From the NCBI GenBank assembly GCA_011391635.1, contig JAABQD010000010.1, positions 3,059 to 67,058 on the forward strand: 64,000 nt of DNA, read 5' to 3'. A program made the position numbers and the translations under genes. The DNA comes from Sulfurimonas sp. GTDB taxonomy: Bacteria > Campylobacterota > Campylobacteria > Campylobacterales > Sulfurimonadaceae. Of the stretch, positions 51,447-61,343 are shown piece by piece (position 1 is the stretch's first letter; every line of letters begins with the position of its first letter). Under the pieces are notes generated by a model. It saw only the letters and a list, made by a program, of their open reading frames with translations. It ran no database searches and had not been told where the DNA came from.

Positions 51447-52386
51447 CATTCTCAAATAACTTCTCTTTTTCGCTCTTGGCATGTGGAATCATAAAATTGT
51501 GTTGCAACTTCTCATCTCCAACACCCTTCCATCTTGCAGAACTTGCAAAGAGAGTATCCGCAAAAAATGTCATTGTCGGCGTACCAACCAAAGATGCCAA
51601 ATGATAAGTTCCCGTGGAAGTGCTTACAAAAAGTTTGAAGCGACTTATGAGTTTTGCGAAATAAATAAGTCCATCAAGTGAGAGATAAAAAACAACATCT
51701 TCGCCGTGAAGTCTATTTTGCATCTCTTCATACAACTCTTTTTCATCAGGTCCAAAAGTAAGAACTACTTGGTACTTGCCTTGATTTAAAACTTCTCGGA
51801 TTAAAACTTCATACTCATCTAAGTTCCAATTTGCATCACTGCTTCCGCCAAAACCTACATGAAAAGCGATTATCTCTTTTGTGATGTCATGATTGATACA
51901 AAAAACTTCATACACTTTTTTTGCATCGCTAAACTCCAAAAGCGGTTTTTTATACTCTAAATTTATCTCAGGAAAGAGTATTTTTGTAAGTTCTAGGTTA
52001 TACTCAAACTCCGCCATTTTCACTTCGCTTCTTCGCTGAGAAACTCGGTGTGTATAAAAAATTTGTGCTATTTTTGTAGCAGGTGCTATGCGGATTGGAA
52101 TGCGTGCCAAAAACTGAGCAAGGGCAACGCGGGTATTTGAGAAGAGTGTTATGGAAGCATCAATTTTTGCATCACGAAGTTTTTTTGCTAGAGTTAAGAT
52201 GGAACTTTTACCATCATCGACAATTACCTCATCAATAAATCCACATGCCAAAGCTAAAGCTTCATTCATTGGTGCGACAAGGGCGATGATTGTGTCTTGT
52301 GGATTATGTTGCTTGAGTGCATGCATAGCAGGAAGAGCGGTTATAAAATCGCCAAGTTTATCAGTACGAACGACTAAAATATTCAA
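51421..52386 (-). CDS. GT9 heptosyltransferase-family protein
   Basis: RTDKLGDFI, STSTGTYHLA. Confidence 0.85.
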   Translation of the reverse strand: MNILVVRTDKLGDFITALPAMHALKQHNPQDTIIALVAPMNEALALACGFIDEVIVDDGKSSILTLAKKLRDAKIDASITLFSNTRVALAQFLARIPIRIAPATKIAQIFYTHRVSQRRSEVKMAEFEYNLELTKILFPEINLEYKKPLLEFSDAKKVYEVFCINHDITKEIIAFHVGFGGSSDANWNLDEYEVLIREVLNQGKYQVVLTFGPDEKELYEEMQNRLHGEDVVFYLSLDGLIYFAKLISRFKLFVSTSTGTYHLASLVGTPTMTFFADTLFASSARWKGVGDEKLQHNFMIPHAKSEKEKLFENVKSALFGL

Positions 52387-53192
52387 TCTTTTCTCACTCG
52401 CACAAATGAAACGAATTTTGGTTTGCCTTTGTTCGTAAAACCAAAATATTTAAAGGTAATTATATCGCCAATTTTTGGAGGATTTTTTCTTTGTTCTTGG
52501 CTAAATCCACTTCCTATAAAAAACTGTATTCCATCTTTAAGTTCCACCTGCAAACTTCCCATCATGCCAGTGAATTTTCCACTTCCTGCTTTGTAGCCAA
52601 TCACTTTTGCTTCCATATCTTCGGCTTCTTTTACTTTCAAAACAGAGTCGCTTTTCCCATCAAAATAGTCTCTCTTCGCATCTTTGATAATAACGCCCTC
52701 GCCACCTTTAGCGATGACATTTTGAAAAAACAGATTCAACTCTTTTTTATCTTGACACACTTTTTGTTCAATAATATCCAAATGCTTTATTTTATGCTCA
52801 TCTCTGTATTTTTGAGCTTTCTCCAATCGTACAGAAAAATTACCCTCGGCATGTGGAACTTCAAAAATCATATATTTTATCTTACTCCACTCTGCCTTTG
52901 GGACTTCATCCATTACGATAGACTGAATATTTTCATAATCTAATCGTTCCGTCCATAGTTCGCCATCCAACTCAAAAGGCGGAAGTTTTTGCGTAAACCA
53001 CGCAGGAGCATTTATGGCTTGACCTTGTCTTGAGAGAAGTTTTTTGCCATCCCAGTAAGCCCGTATGCCATCAAGTTTTTCAGACATCATCCAGCCAGAA
53101 ATATTTTGATCGCTGTAGATATTTGCTTTTTGCAGCGTGAGTGCGTTACCATTTAAAAAGAGTAAAAATAGAGCTACAAAAAGTTTCCACAT
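52383..53192 (-). CDS. Periplasmic minimal ATP-dependent DNA ligase (LigE type)
   Basis: Signal peptide; SEKLDGIRAYWDG, LDGELW, EGVII, OB domain GSGFS..ITFKY..KPKF. Confidence 0.88.
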   Translation of the reverse strand: MWKLFVALFLLFLNGNALTLQKANIYSDQNISGWMMSEKLDGIRAYWDGKKLLSRQGQAINAPAWFTQKLPPFELDGELWTERLDYENIQSIVMDEVPKAEWSKIKYMIFEVPHAEGNFSVRLEKAQKYRDEHKIKHLDIIEQKVCQDKKELNLFFQNVIAKGGEGVIIKDAKRDYFDGKSDSVLKVKEAEDMEAKVIGYKAGSGKFTGMMGSLQVELKDGIQFFIGSGFSQEQRKNPPKIGDIITFKYFGFTNKGKPKFVSFVRVRKD

Positions 53193-53194
53193 GC

Positions 53195-54520
53195 CTAATT
53201 TACCCCAATCTGAAAGTACTCAAACCCATACTTTTTCATCTTCTCTTTGTTAAACTGGTTGCGTCCATCAAAGAAAACTGGATTTTTAAGCAATTTTTTC
53301 ATCTCATCAAAATCAGGGCTTCTAAATTCTTGCCACTCTGTGACCAAAACAAGTGCATCTGCATCTTTTAACGCCTCGTATTTACTCTCAACATACGACA
53401 CTTTTTCATTGCCTTTTAAGTAGTGTGTTTGTGCTTCGTGGATTGCTTTTGGGTCATACGCTACGACATTTGCCCCTCTGCTTGTGAGTTCATTTATGAT
53501 TGTGATGGAACTTGCCTCTCGCATATCATCCGTTTCAGGTTTGAAACTAAGCCCCCAAACAGCGAAAGTTTTTCCACTTAAATCTGCACCGAAACGGGTG
53601 ATTACTTTGTTTGACATTACATATTTTTGGTCGTAATTTACCGCTTCAACCGCATCCAAAATTCTAGGGTTATAACCAAAATCTTTTGCCGTTTTTGCAA
53701 GTGCTTGAACATCTTTTGGAAAACAACTTCCTCCATATCCGCACCCTGGGTAGATGAAACTATAACCGATTCTACTATCGCTTCCTATACCATTTCTCAC
53801 CTTATTGATATCCGCTCCAACGCGTTCACAAATCTGGCTCATCTCATTCATAAAAGAGATTTTTGTCGCAAGCATCGCATTTGCAGCGTACTTTGTCATC
53901 TCTGCCGACTTGATATCCATAGAGATAAATCGGTCGTGGTGCTTCATAAATGGAGCGTAAAGTTCACGCATAATCTCTAACGCTCTCTCACTATCCGCAC
54001 CGATAACAACACGGTCAGGATGTAAAAAATCATTAATCGCAGCACCCTCTTTTAAAAACTCAGGGTTTGAGACGACATCAAACTCTAAATTCACCCCTCT
54101 TTCATCGAGTTGTGCTTGGATAGTCGCTCTTACTTTGTCCGCAGTTCCCACAGGAACAGTTGATTTATCGACCACCACAATGTAATCTTCCATAGCCTCA
54201 CCGATACTTTTTGCAACTGCCAAAACATAACGCAAATCAGCACTTCCATCCTCGCCCATCGGTGTTCCAACAGCTATAAAAGCGATTTGTGCATTTTTTA
54301 TAGCACCACTTACATCCGTTGAGAAATGAAGCGTTTTATTTTTATAATTTTCGAGTGTCATATCTTCTAAACCTGGCTCATATATAGGGATGATGCCTTG
54401 TTTTAAATTCTCTATTTTTTTTGCATCTATATCCACACAAGTTACTTTGTTTCCCATTTGAGCGAAGCACACTCCGCTAACTAGTCCTACATAGCCCGTG
54501 CCGATTACTGATATTTTCAT
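53195..54520 (-). CDS. ugd: UDP-glucose 6-dehydrogenase
   Basis: [26 protein letters not shown]. Confidence 0.95.
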   Translation of the reverse strand: MKISVIGTGYVGLVSGVCFAQMGNKVTCVDIDAKKIENLKQGIIPIYEPGLEDMTLENYKNKTLHFSTDVSGAIKNAQIAFIAVGTPMGEDGSADLRYVLAVAKSIGEAMEDYIVVVDKSTVPVGTADKVRATIQAQLDERGVNLEFDVVSNPEFLKEGAAINDFLHPDRVVIGADSERALEIMRELYAPFMKHHDRFISMDIKSAEMTKYAANAMLATKISFMNEMSQICERVGADINKVRNGIGSDSRIGYSFIYPGCGYGGSCFPKDVQALAKTAKDFGYNPRILDAVEAVNYDQKYVMSNKVITRFGADLSGKTFAVWGLSFKPETDDMREASSITIINELTSRGANVVAYDPKAIHEAQTHYLKGNEKVSYVESKYEALKDADALVLVTEWQEFRSPDFDEMKKLLKNPVFFDGRNQFNKEKMKKYGFEYFQIGVN

Positions 54521-54602
54521 AAATTTAGTTCCTAAAATATTTTTTAATTTTTTTATATTACCTTAAAATGGATATAATTCGCCTTATTTTCGAGGAACTC
54601 CA

Positions 54603-56513
54603 TTGCAATTTCAAAACAGATATACGCAAGTTTTTTTAGCTACTCTTTACAGCATTTTACTCTTTAGCTTCATCCGACTTTTCTTTTATATCTCCTATTT
54701 TCACTACTTTTCGGATTTATCATTTTATGAAACTCTACTCTCTTTTTTTATGGGACTTCGTGTTGATATTGCACTCATTTTTACCTTTACTTCACTCCTT
54801 TGGCTAGCTCTTCTTTTGCCCTTTAGATTTACGCTTCACAAGAGTTACAGAACCATTTTAGGAACTTTATGGGGCACTGTTTTAGGAGCAATACTTTTCT
54901 TCAACATCGGCGATATTTTATACTTTGGATTTGTTAACAGACACCTCAGTAACGAACTCTCTCTCATAGGAAATGATGTTAGTATTTTAATCGACATGGT
55001 GGTTGATTTTTATCTCATACAAACGATACTTGGCACACTTTTTTACATTGGAATCGTTTATAGTTTTTATAAATTTTTTAGCTTCGATATAAAAAACAAA
55101 ACTATCAGACAAAAAGAGTGGGTCAATATTTTACTCCTCATTATTATCGCATTTGTAGGTATTCGTGGCAAGTTAGATGGCATCTCTTTTGGAACATCCG
55201 ACGCTTTTGCCGTAAGTAAAGTCTCTTCAGGAAACTTGGCACTCAATGGATTTTTTTGCTACTATCGAGGTGGAAATACACAAAAGGTCAATCACTCTAC
55301 GATAGACGCAAAACAAGCAACCAAAAATGTAAGAGAACTTTTAAATTCTCAAAAGTTTGAATTTGTGAATGAAACCTATCCGCTTATGAGACAAAGTACA
55401 AGCAAAACACCAAACAACTACAATGTTGTGATTATTATGATTGAAAGCCTCAGTGCAAAATACCTCGACGCACTCGCAAAAAATGAGTTTCAAGTCACTC
55501 CAACTCTGGATAAATTAGCACAAGAGGGGCAACTCTTTACAAACTTCTATGCCAATGGACAACGCTCTCAAGAAGGGATTACAAGCGTCTACACAGGAAT
55601 TACACAGCCTGTGGGTTTTGAGAATTTTGGCGAAGGTTTAGAGCTTTATAATCCCTCTTATTTAGGGGACATTGCAAAGAAAAATGGCTACACGACTCTT
55701 GCAATGCAAAGCTCCAACAGAGGCTCTTTTCGGGTTGATAAACTCAGCTCTCTTGCAGGATTTAGCGAATATTACGGTTCTGAGGATATAACACATACAG
55801 GCAAAGAAATTGGAAATCCAAATTATGGTGCATGGGATGGGGATAGTTTGCGATTTTTATCTTCAAAACTTCACACTCTAAAAGAGCCTTTTTTGAGTTT
55901 TTTCTTCACAGCTTCCACACATTCACCTTACTATTCTCCAGGAAAAGAGTGGGAGAAATATCCACATGACACTAGTAGCGAAAATGGCTATCTCAACACC
56001 CTTTATTATGTCGATACACAGATAAACGAGTTTATGCAATCGGCTCAAAAAGAGCCTTGGTTTGAGCGAACGATTTTTATTTTTACAGCAGACCATACAA
56101 ACCATACTGAGCTTGAAAATGCGAAAAAAATCAATCCTGAGGGTGTGAAGTTAAGTGAATTTCATGTGCCTCTCATTGTTTATGCACCAAAAATAGTGAC
56201 ACAAAAACAGAGCAATATCATCGCCTCTCATAACGACATCTTGCCAAGTATCATAGATATTTTGGGTTGGAGTACACCTTTTTCAGTGATTGGAAATTCT
56301 GTTTTTGATGCAAGTGTACAAGAGAGATTTGCTTTTGTAAAAATGGGAAATATTGTCGCTTTAGAGAACCCCAATGGTTCACTTTTTTATAATTTTAAAG
56401 ATTTTATCAGCCAAAAAGGCGAAGTATCAAAAAAAGAGGAAGCACTTCTTTTGAGCATCGATTCAGCCCAAGCGAACCTTCTCAAAAATTCAACATGGAA
56501 TAAAAAAGAGTGA
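54603..56513 (+). CDS. LTA synthase / sulfatase-family membrane transferase (paralog 2), TTG start
   Basis: N-terminal TMs; IMIESLS, FTASTHSPY, TADH, SHNDILPS. Confidence 0.82.
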   Translation: MQFQNRYTQVFLATLYSILLFSFIRLFFYISYFHYFSDLSFYETLLSFFMGLRVDIALIFTFTSLLWLALLLPFRFTLHKSYRTILGTLWGTVLGAILFFNIGDILYFGFVNRHLSNELSLIGNDVSILIDMVVDFYLIQTILGTLFYIGIVYSFYKFFSFDIKNKTIRQKEWVNILLLIIIAFVGIRGKLDGISFGTSDAFAVSKVSSGNLALNGFFCYYRGGNTQKVNHSTIDAKQATKNVRELLNSQKFEFVNETYPLMRQSTSKTPNNYNVVIIMIESLSAKYLDALAKNEFQVTPTLDKLAQEGQLFTNFYANGQRSQEGITSVYTGITQPVGFENFGEGLELYNPSYLGDIAKKNGYTTLAMQSSNRGSFRVDKLSSLAGFSEYYGSEDITHTGKEIGNPNYGAWDGDSLRFLSSKLHTLKEPFLSFFFTASTHSPYYSPGKEWEKYPHDTSSENGYLNTLYYVDTQINEFMQSAQKEPWFERTIFIFTADHTNHTELENAKKINPEGVKLSEFHVPLIVYAPKIVTQKQSNIIASHNDILPSIIDILGWSTPFSVIGNSVFDASVQERFAFVKMGNIVALENPNGSLFYNFKDFISQKGEVSKKEEALLLSIDSAQANLLKNSTWNKKE

Positions 56514-57769
56514 AACCGCCTTTTGCATGGGATAACTTCTCCGACCAACCTTACCAACTCAAAGATAGAGCGTTTAAAAAAATGATGCGAAAAAAAGAGC
56601 TCTTTTCCCTTACTAAAACATTTTTCACAGCTCTTTTTATCTTGCCAATTTCGCTTATTTTGATGCCATTTATAAAAAGAAAGGATGTAGAATCAAGCAC
56701 ATTTTTTTGTATGGGCGTAGATTTTGAGCGAGAACCAAAGCTTACTTTGGAGCTTTTAGAAGAGTTAGGTGTTGAGAGGGTTTTAGTCCGTTTTAAACTT
56801 TGGGAGATGGAGAAACTTCAGGAGCTAAAAGATTTTATTTCCACATGCCAAGATAAAAAAATCACACTCAAAATTATGCAAGACAGAGAGCATGTGGAAG
56901 ATTTGGAACTTCTCAAAGAAGATTTACGAACCATCTTTTCTACTTTATCTTGGCATGTGGAAATGTTTGAAATTGGCTCGACCATTAACCGTGCAAAGTG
57001 GGGTTTTTTTAGTGTAGATGAGTACAATCGTTTTTTTCAAACTGCTTATGATTTAAAAATTGCAGAGTTTCCACATGCCAAGCTTCTAGGAAGCGGAGTG
57101 ATAGATTTTGAGTATCACTTCACGGCACACACTCTCTTTAATTTTTTCAAATACCACTACGATGGAGTTGCATCCCTTCTCTATGTCGATAGACGCGGTG
57201 CACCTGAAAATAGCCAAATGGGGTTTGATTTATCAGCCAAAATTGCACTCCTTCGCACTATGGTTTGGCTCTCACCAAAAAGTGCAAATGCACTTCACAT
57301 CACGGAGACAAATTGGCCGATAAGCAACACTGCACCTTACGCACCAACGAGTGAACATGAGTGTGTGGATGAGGAAAGTTACGCAAACTTTATGCTTCGT
57401 TACTATCTTTTAGCTTACGCATCGGGGCATGTGGATTCTGTATCTTGGCATCAGCTCATTGCAGCGGGATATGGACTGATTGACAATCGTGATGGAGTTA
57501 GAAAACGCTCCGCTTTTTATGTCTATAAATTTATGGTAAAAAATCTAAAAAATGCCAAATTCCTTCAAATAAATACAACAAAAGAGTACACTATCTTAGA
57601 GGCTCATGTAAACAATCAACTTTTACAAATCCACTGGTCGCTCCAACCTGCGACACTCAAAAATGAAGACTCTTTTGAAGTTTACTCATCAGAGGGAAAA
57701 TTAATAGAAGATGAAACGCTCACTATCAGTGCTTCTCCTCTGTATATTTACACAAAAGACGCGGTATAA
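56510..57769 (+). CDS. Clan GH-A-like TIM-barrel protein of unknown function
   Basis: FEIGSTINRAKWG, LYVDRRGAPEN, LHITETNW; one TM near the N-terminus. Confidence 0.55.
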   Translation: MKPPFAWDNFSDQPYQLKDRAFKKMMRKKELFSLTKTFFTALFILPISLILMPFIKRKDVESSTFFCMGVDFEREPKLTLELLEELGVERVLVRFKLWEMEKLQELKDFISTCQDKKITLKIMQDREHVEDLELLKEDLRTIFSTLSWHVEMFEIGSTINRAKWGFFSVDEYNRFFQTAYDLKIAEFPHAKLLGSGVIDFEYHFTAHTLFNFFKYHYDGVASLLYVDRRGAPENSQMGFDLSAKIALLRTMVWLSPKSANALHITETNWPISNTAPYAPTSEHECVDEESYANFMLRYYLLAYASGHVDSVSWHQLIAAGYGLIDNRDGVRKRSAFYVYKFMVKNLKNAKFLQINTTKEYTILEAHVNNQLLQIHWSLQPATLKNEDSFEVYSSEGKLIEDETLTISASPLYIYTKDAV

Positions 57770-57777
57770 TTGCACCC

Positions 57778-58452
57778 ATGAATAAAAAATACTTACATAT
57801 AAAACTCTCTTTTTGGCTTCTTTTTTTACTCTCGTCTATGCTTTTTATCTTTTTTCCGCAGATAGATTTGTTTGTCACAAACCTCTTTTATGATGGCAAC
57901 ACTTTTCCAGCAAACGGCATGTGGATTGAAGAGTTCTTTTACTACTCAGTACAACCTCTCATCATCGCATTTGCACTCGCTTCTTTAGCGATTTTTACTT
58001 ACAATTTTTTTACAAAAAAGAGTGTTTTAAATGTGAATGCCAAAGTTGTTTTATATCTTCTTTTGGTTTTGGGTCTTGCCCCTGGACTTATTGTAAATGC
58101 TACACTCAAAGAGAACTGGGGCAGAGCAAGACCAGCTGAAACACTCAATTTTGGTGGAACAAAAGAGTTCACTCCAGCCTTCATTCCAAGCAATCAAGGC
58201 GGATACTCTTTTAGCTCAGGTCACGCTGCTGCGGCTTTTTCTCTTTTAGGATTTGCTCTTTTAGCGAAGAAGCGAAGAAACTTTTGGATTGCATTGACAC
58301 TCGCCTATGGCGTGTTTGTGAGCGTTGCCAGAGTCTCCTCAGGTGGACACTTTTTTAGTGATGTTGTAACCTCATTTTTCATAGTTACCCTCTTTACTTT
58401 GAGCATTTATGGTTTTCTCATGCAAGAAGAAGAAAAAAAGGAACTCCCATAA
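57778..58452 (+). CDS. PAP2-family phosphatase (possible lipid A phosphatase)
   Basis: K..WGRARP, SFSSGH, R..SGGHFFSDV. Confidence 0.85.
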   Translation: MNKKYLHIKLSFWLLFLLSSMLFIFFPQIDLFVTNLFYDGNTFPANGMWIEEFFYYSVQPLIIAFALASLAIFTYNFFTKKSVLNVNAKVVLYLLLVLGLAPGLIVNATLKENWGRARPAETLNFGGTKEFTPAFIPSNQGGYSFSSGHAAAAFSLLGFALLAKKRRNFWIALTLAYGVFVSVARVSSGGHFFSDVVTSFFIVTLFTLSIYGFLMQEEEKKELP

Positions 58453-60365
58453 TTTTTCGCAACCAACTTACGCAAATATTATTTGTACTTTGCATCAGTT
58501 TTGTAACGCTTATGGCGATTCGTTTGTCGCTTTATAATTTTTATCTTGCTGACTTTAGCGACCTAAGCAGTGGGGAATTTTACGCTTCACTTTTGATGGG
58601 TTTTCGTGTGGATATGATTACGCTTTTTACCTTCTCCTCTCTTTTTATTTTAGCTCTACTCTTTGTCAAAAACCCCAAAAGAAGAGCTGTGATAGCACTA
58701 GTTTGGGCGATGGTGCTCAACACTATTTTTGTCCTCAGTTTTAGCGATGTTCTCTACTACGACTATATCCACAGACACATGTCGAGTGAAATTTTTAACC
58801 TTGGCGATGATGCGGATATTATTGTGGGCATGGCATTTGGTTCGATGCTCCCCTTTACGCTTGGTGCGATTATTCTCAGTGGTACATTTTTCTATACGAT
58901 TTATAAAGTTTTTTTACAAGAATTAGTGCATTTCATCTTGGGAAAAAAACTCATTTTTCTTACACTCATCACACTTTTAACGCTTTTTATAGGCATAAGA
59001 AATAGTTTCGCAGGGAAAAGTTTTGGAAGTGCAGATGCCTATGCAGTCAACAAAGTAAGTAGCGGAAACTTAGCACTCAACGGCTTTTTTACCATTTACA
59101 GAACGGCAAAAACCTCCTCCAAACACACCCTTACAAAACTCGACGATGCCATAAAAATCACACAAGAGGCAATGCAAACTCCAAATGCACCTTTTCTTGA
59201 TAAAGAGTATCCACTTCTTCGCTCCTACGCCAAAAAGGAGAAGCCAAAATACAATGTCGTCATCGTTTTACTCGAATCTTTTGGAGCAGAGCATGTGGAT
59301 GGTTTTACCCACTACAAAGAGCTGAATGTCACACCCTACTTCAAAAAACTCTCCAATGAAGGGCTGAAATTTACCAATTTTTACTCCAATGGGTATCGCT
59401 CCATTTTTGGTATAACTTCAGTTTTCACAGGCATCACTATCCCGACAGGCTTTGAGTATCTTGGCAAAGGTTTAGAACTCTCCAACCTCAGTTACTTGGG
59501 ACAAGTTGCAAAAAACAACGGATACTCTACACTCTCAATGCAAGCGGCAAATAATCGCTCCTACAGAGTCGATGCTGTGAGCCATCTTGCAGGTTTTGAT
59601 GCCTACTATGGAGCAGATGACATGCCGAACATTGAAGCATGTGATGAGGGAAGAGCACCACTCACTGGCACTTACGACTTTAATATGCTTGATTTTTATC
59701 ACAAAAAACTCAATGCTATGAAAGAGCCATTTTTAGGCTTTGCTTTTACGGATTCAACACACTCAGATTTTTATCTTCCAAGCAAAAAGTTTGAACGCTA
59801 TCCGCATGATTTGAAAAATTACAATGGCTCTTTAAACGCTTATATTTATGCAGATAACTCTATCGAGCGGTTTATGGAGAGCGTAAAAAAAGAGCCTTGG
59901 TTTGAGAGAACCATCTTTATCTTCACCTCAGACCATGGAAGCGGAGATGCCCTAAATGAGATTGCAAGAGCCTATCGTCCTGATGACAAAGCCCTCGACT
60001 CCATTGAGCATTTTAGAATTCCGCTTATCATTTATGCTCCAAAAATATTTGAACCTCAGGAGATTACAACCCTTGGTTCGCACAATGATATTTTTCCAAG
60101 TTTGGTGGATTTGTTAGGGTGGGAAGCAAATATCACAACGATGGGAAGTTCACTTTTTGATAAAAATATCCATGAGAGATTTGCCTACTTTTTTGCAGGA
60201 GACCTCATCGGACTAGTTACAAATGATGGATATGTAAAGTACAATTTTAAAAATATAGTCGAGCAAGTCGGAAGTGAAGCGAATGTAGAAAAGATGAAAA
60301 AGCTTCTTTTTGCCATTGATACAGCCGAAGCTGGACTTTTAGAAAAAAATAGGTGGGCTAAGTGA
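58449..60365 (+). CDS. LTA synthase / sulfatase-family membrane transferase (paralog 3); first ATG is 58512 but the homologous N-terminus extends to ATA at 58449
   Basis: VLLESFG, TDSTHSD, TSDHG, SHNDIFPS; close similarity to paralog 2. Confidence 0.8.
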   Translation: MIFRNQLTQILFVLCISFVTLMAIRLSLYNFYLADFSDLSSGEFYASLLMGFRVDMITLFTFSSLFILALLFVKNPKRRAVIALVWAMVLNTIFVLSFSDVLYYDYIHRHMSSEIFNLGDDADIIVGMAFGSMLPFTLGAIILSGTFFYTIYKVFLQELVHFILGKKLIFLTLITLLTLFIGIRNSFAGKSFGSADAYAVNKVSSGNLALNGFFTIYRTAKTSSKHTLTKLDDAIKITQEAMQTPNAPFLDKEYPLLRSYAKKEKPKYNVVIVLLESFGAEHVDGFTHYKELNVTPYFKKLSNEGLKFTNFYSNGYRSIFGITSVFTGITIPTGFEYLGKGLELSNLSYLGQVAKNNGYSTLSMQAANNRSYRVDAVSHLAGFDAYYGADDMPNIEACDEGRAPLTGTYDFNMLDFYHKKLNAMKEPFLGFAFTDSTHSDFYLPSKKFERYPHDLKNYNGSLNAYIYADNSIERFMESVKKEPWFERTIFIFTSDHGSGDALNEIARAYRPDDKALDSIEHFRIPLIIYAPKIFEPQEITTLGSHNDIFPSLVDLLGWEANITTMGSSLFDKNIHERFAYFFAGDLIGLVTNDGYVKYNFKNIVEQVGSEANVEKMKKLLFAIDTAEAGLLEKNRWAK

Positions 60366-61339
60366 GAATTCTGATTATACTTCCAAACTGGCTTGGCGAT
60401 GCGATTATGGCAACTCCTGCGATTGAACTTTTATCCAAAAACTTTCCACATGCCAAGTTTACTTTTGTTGGAAGTTTTGTGAGTATCGAAGCACTCAAAC
60501 ACCATCCAAAATGTGAAAAAGCAGTTGTGGATGAGACTAAAAAAGCATCGAATAGACTTTTAGCCACTTATAAACTAGCCAGAGAATTAGGTGAATTTGA
60601 TTTGGCGATAAGTTTTAGAAACCAGCTTCACGCTTCACTTTTACTACGCTTTACAAACACCGTAGTCTGCATTGCAAAGCGTTCATGGCACTCTCAATTT
60701 TTACTCTCACACACTCCTAAAATTTCCACAAAGCAACATTTAGTCCAGCAGTATGTACAACTTGCTATGACCAATGTGGACAGTTTTGATGGAAATATTG
60801 GCAGTTTAAAACTTTACATTGAACCAAAAAAATTCTCTCGTCCAACTTTGGGCATCAATGCTGGAGCAACCTATGGAAGTGCCAAACGATGGTATCCTGA
60901 GCGATTTGCGGAAGTTGCGAAAGAGTTTTCAGATGAGTTTGATATTCTTACATTTGGTGGGTCAAATGAAGTTGCAATGGCGAATGAGATAGAAAAAAAT
61001 CTAAAAGCTTGGCATGTGGAAAACTACACCAACTTAGCAGGAAAAACAACTATCGCTGAGTTGTGTGCAAATATCGGCGGATGTTCTTTATTTATCACAA
61101 ATGACAGTGGACCTATGCATGTTGCCGCCGCGTACCAAGTGCCAACCGTTGCCATTTTTGGACCGACAAAACATACAGAAACTTCGCAATGGATGAATGA
61201 AAAAAGTACAATTGTAAGGCATGAAATGGAGTGCAGTCCGTGTATGAAACGCGAATGTCCTCTTGGGCATCACGAATGTATGAAAAGTATTACAGCAAAT
61301 GAAGTAATAGAAGCGATGAAAAAGCTAGAAATTTATTAG
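60362..61339 (+). CDS. waaF: Heptosyltransferase II
   Basis: PNWLGDAIMA, GATYGSAKRW, NDSGPMH, GPT. Confidence 0.92.
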   Translation: MRILIILPNWLGDAIMATPAIELLSKNFPHAKFTFVGSFVSIEALKHHPKCEKAVVDETKKASNRLLATYKLARELGEFDLAISFRNQLHASLLLRFTNTVVCIAKRSWHSQFLLSHTPKISTKQHLVQQYVQLAMTNVDSFDGNIGSLKLYIEPKKFSRPTLGINAGATYGSAKRWYPERFAEVAKEFSDEFDILTFGGSNEVAMANEIEKNLKAWHVENYTNLAGKTTIAELCANIGGCSLFITNDSGPMHVAAAYQVPTVAIFGPTKHTETSQWMNEKSTIVRHEMECSPCMKRECPLGHHECMKSITANEVIEAMKKLEIY

Positions 61340-61343
61340 AGTT

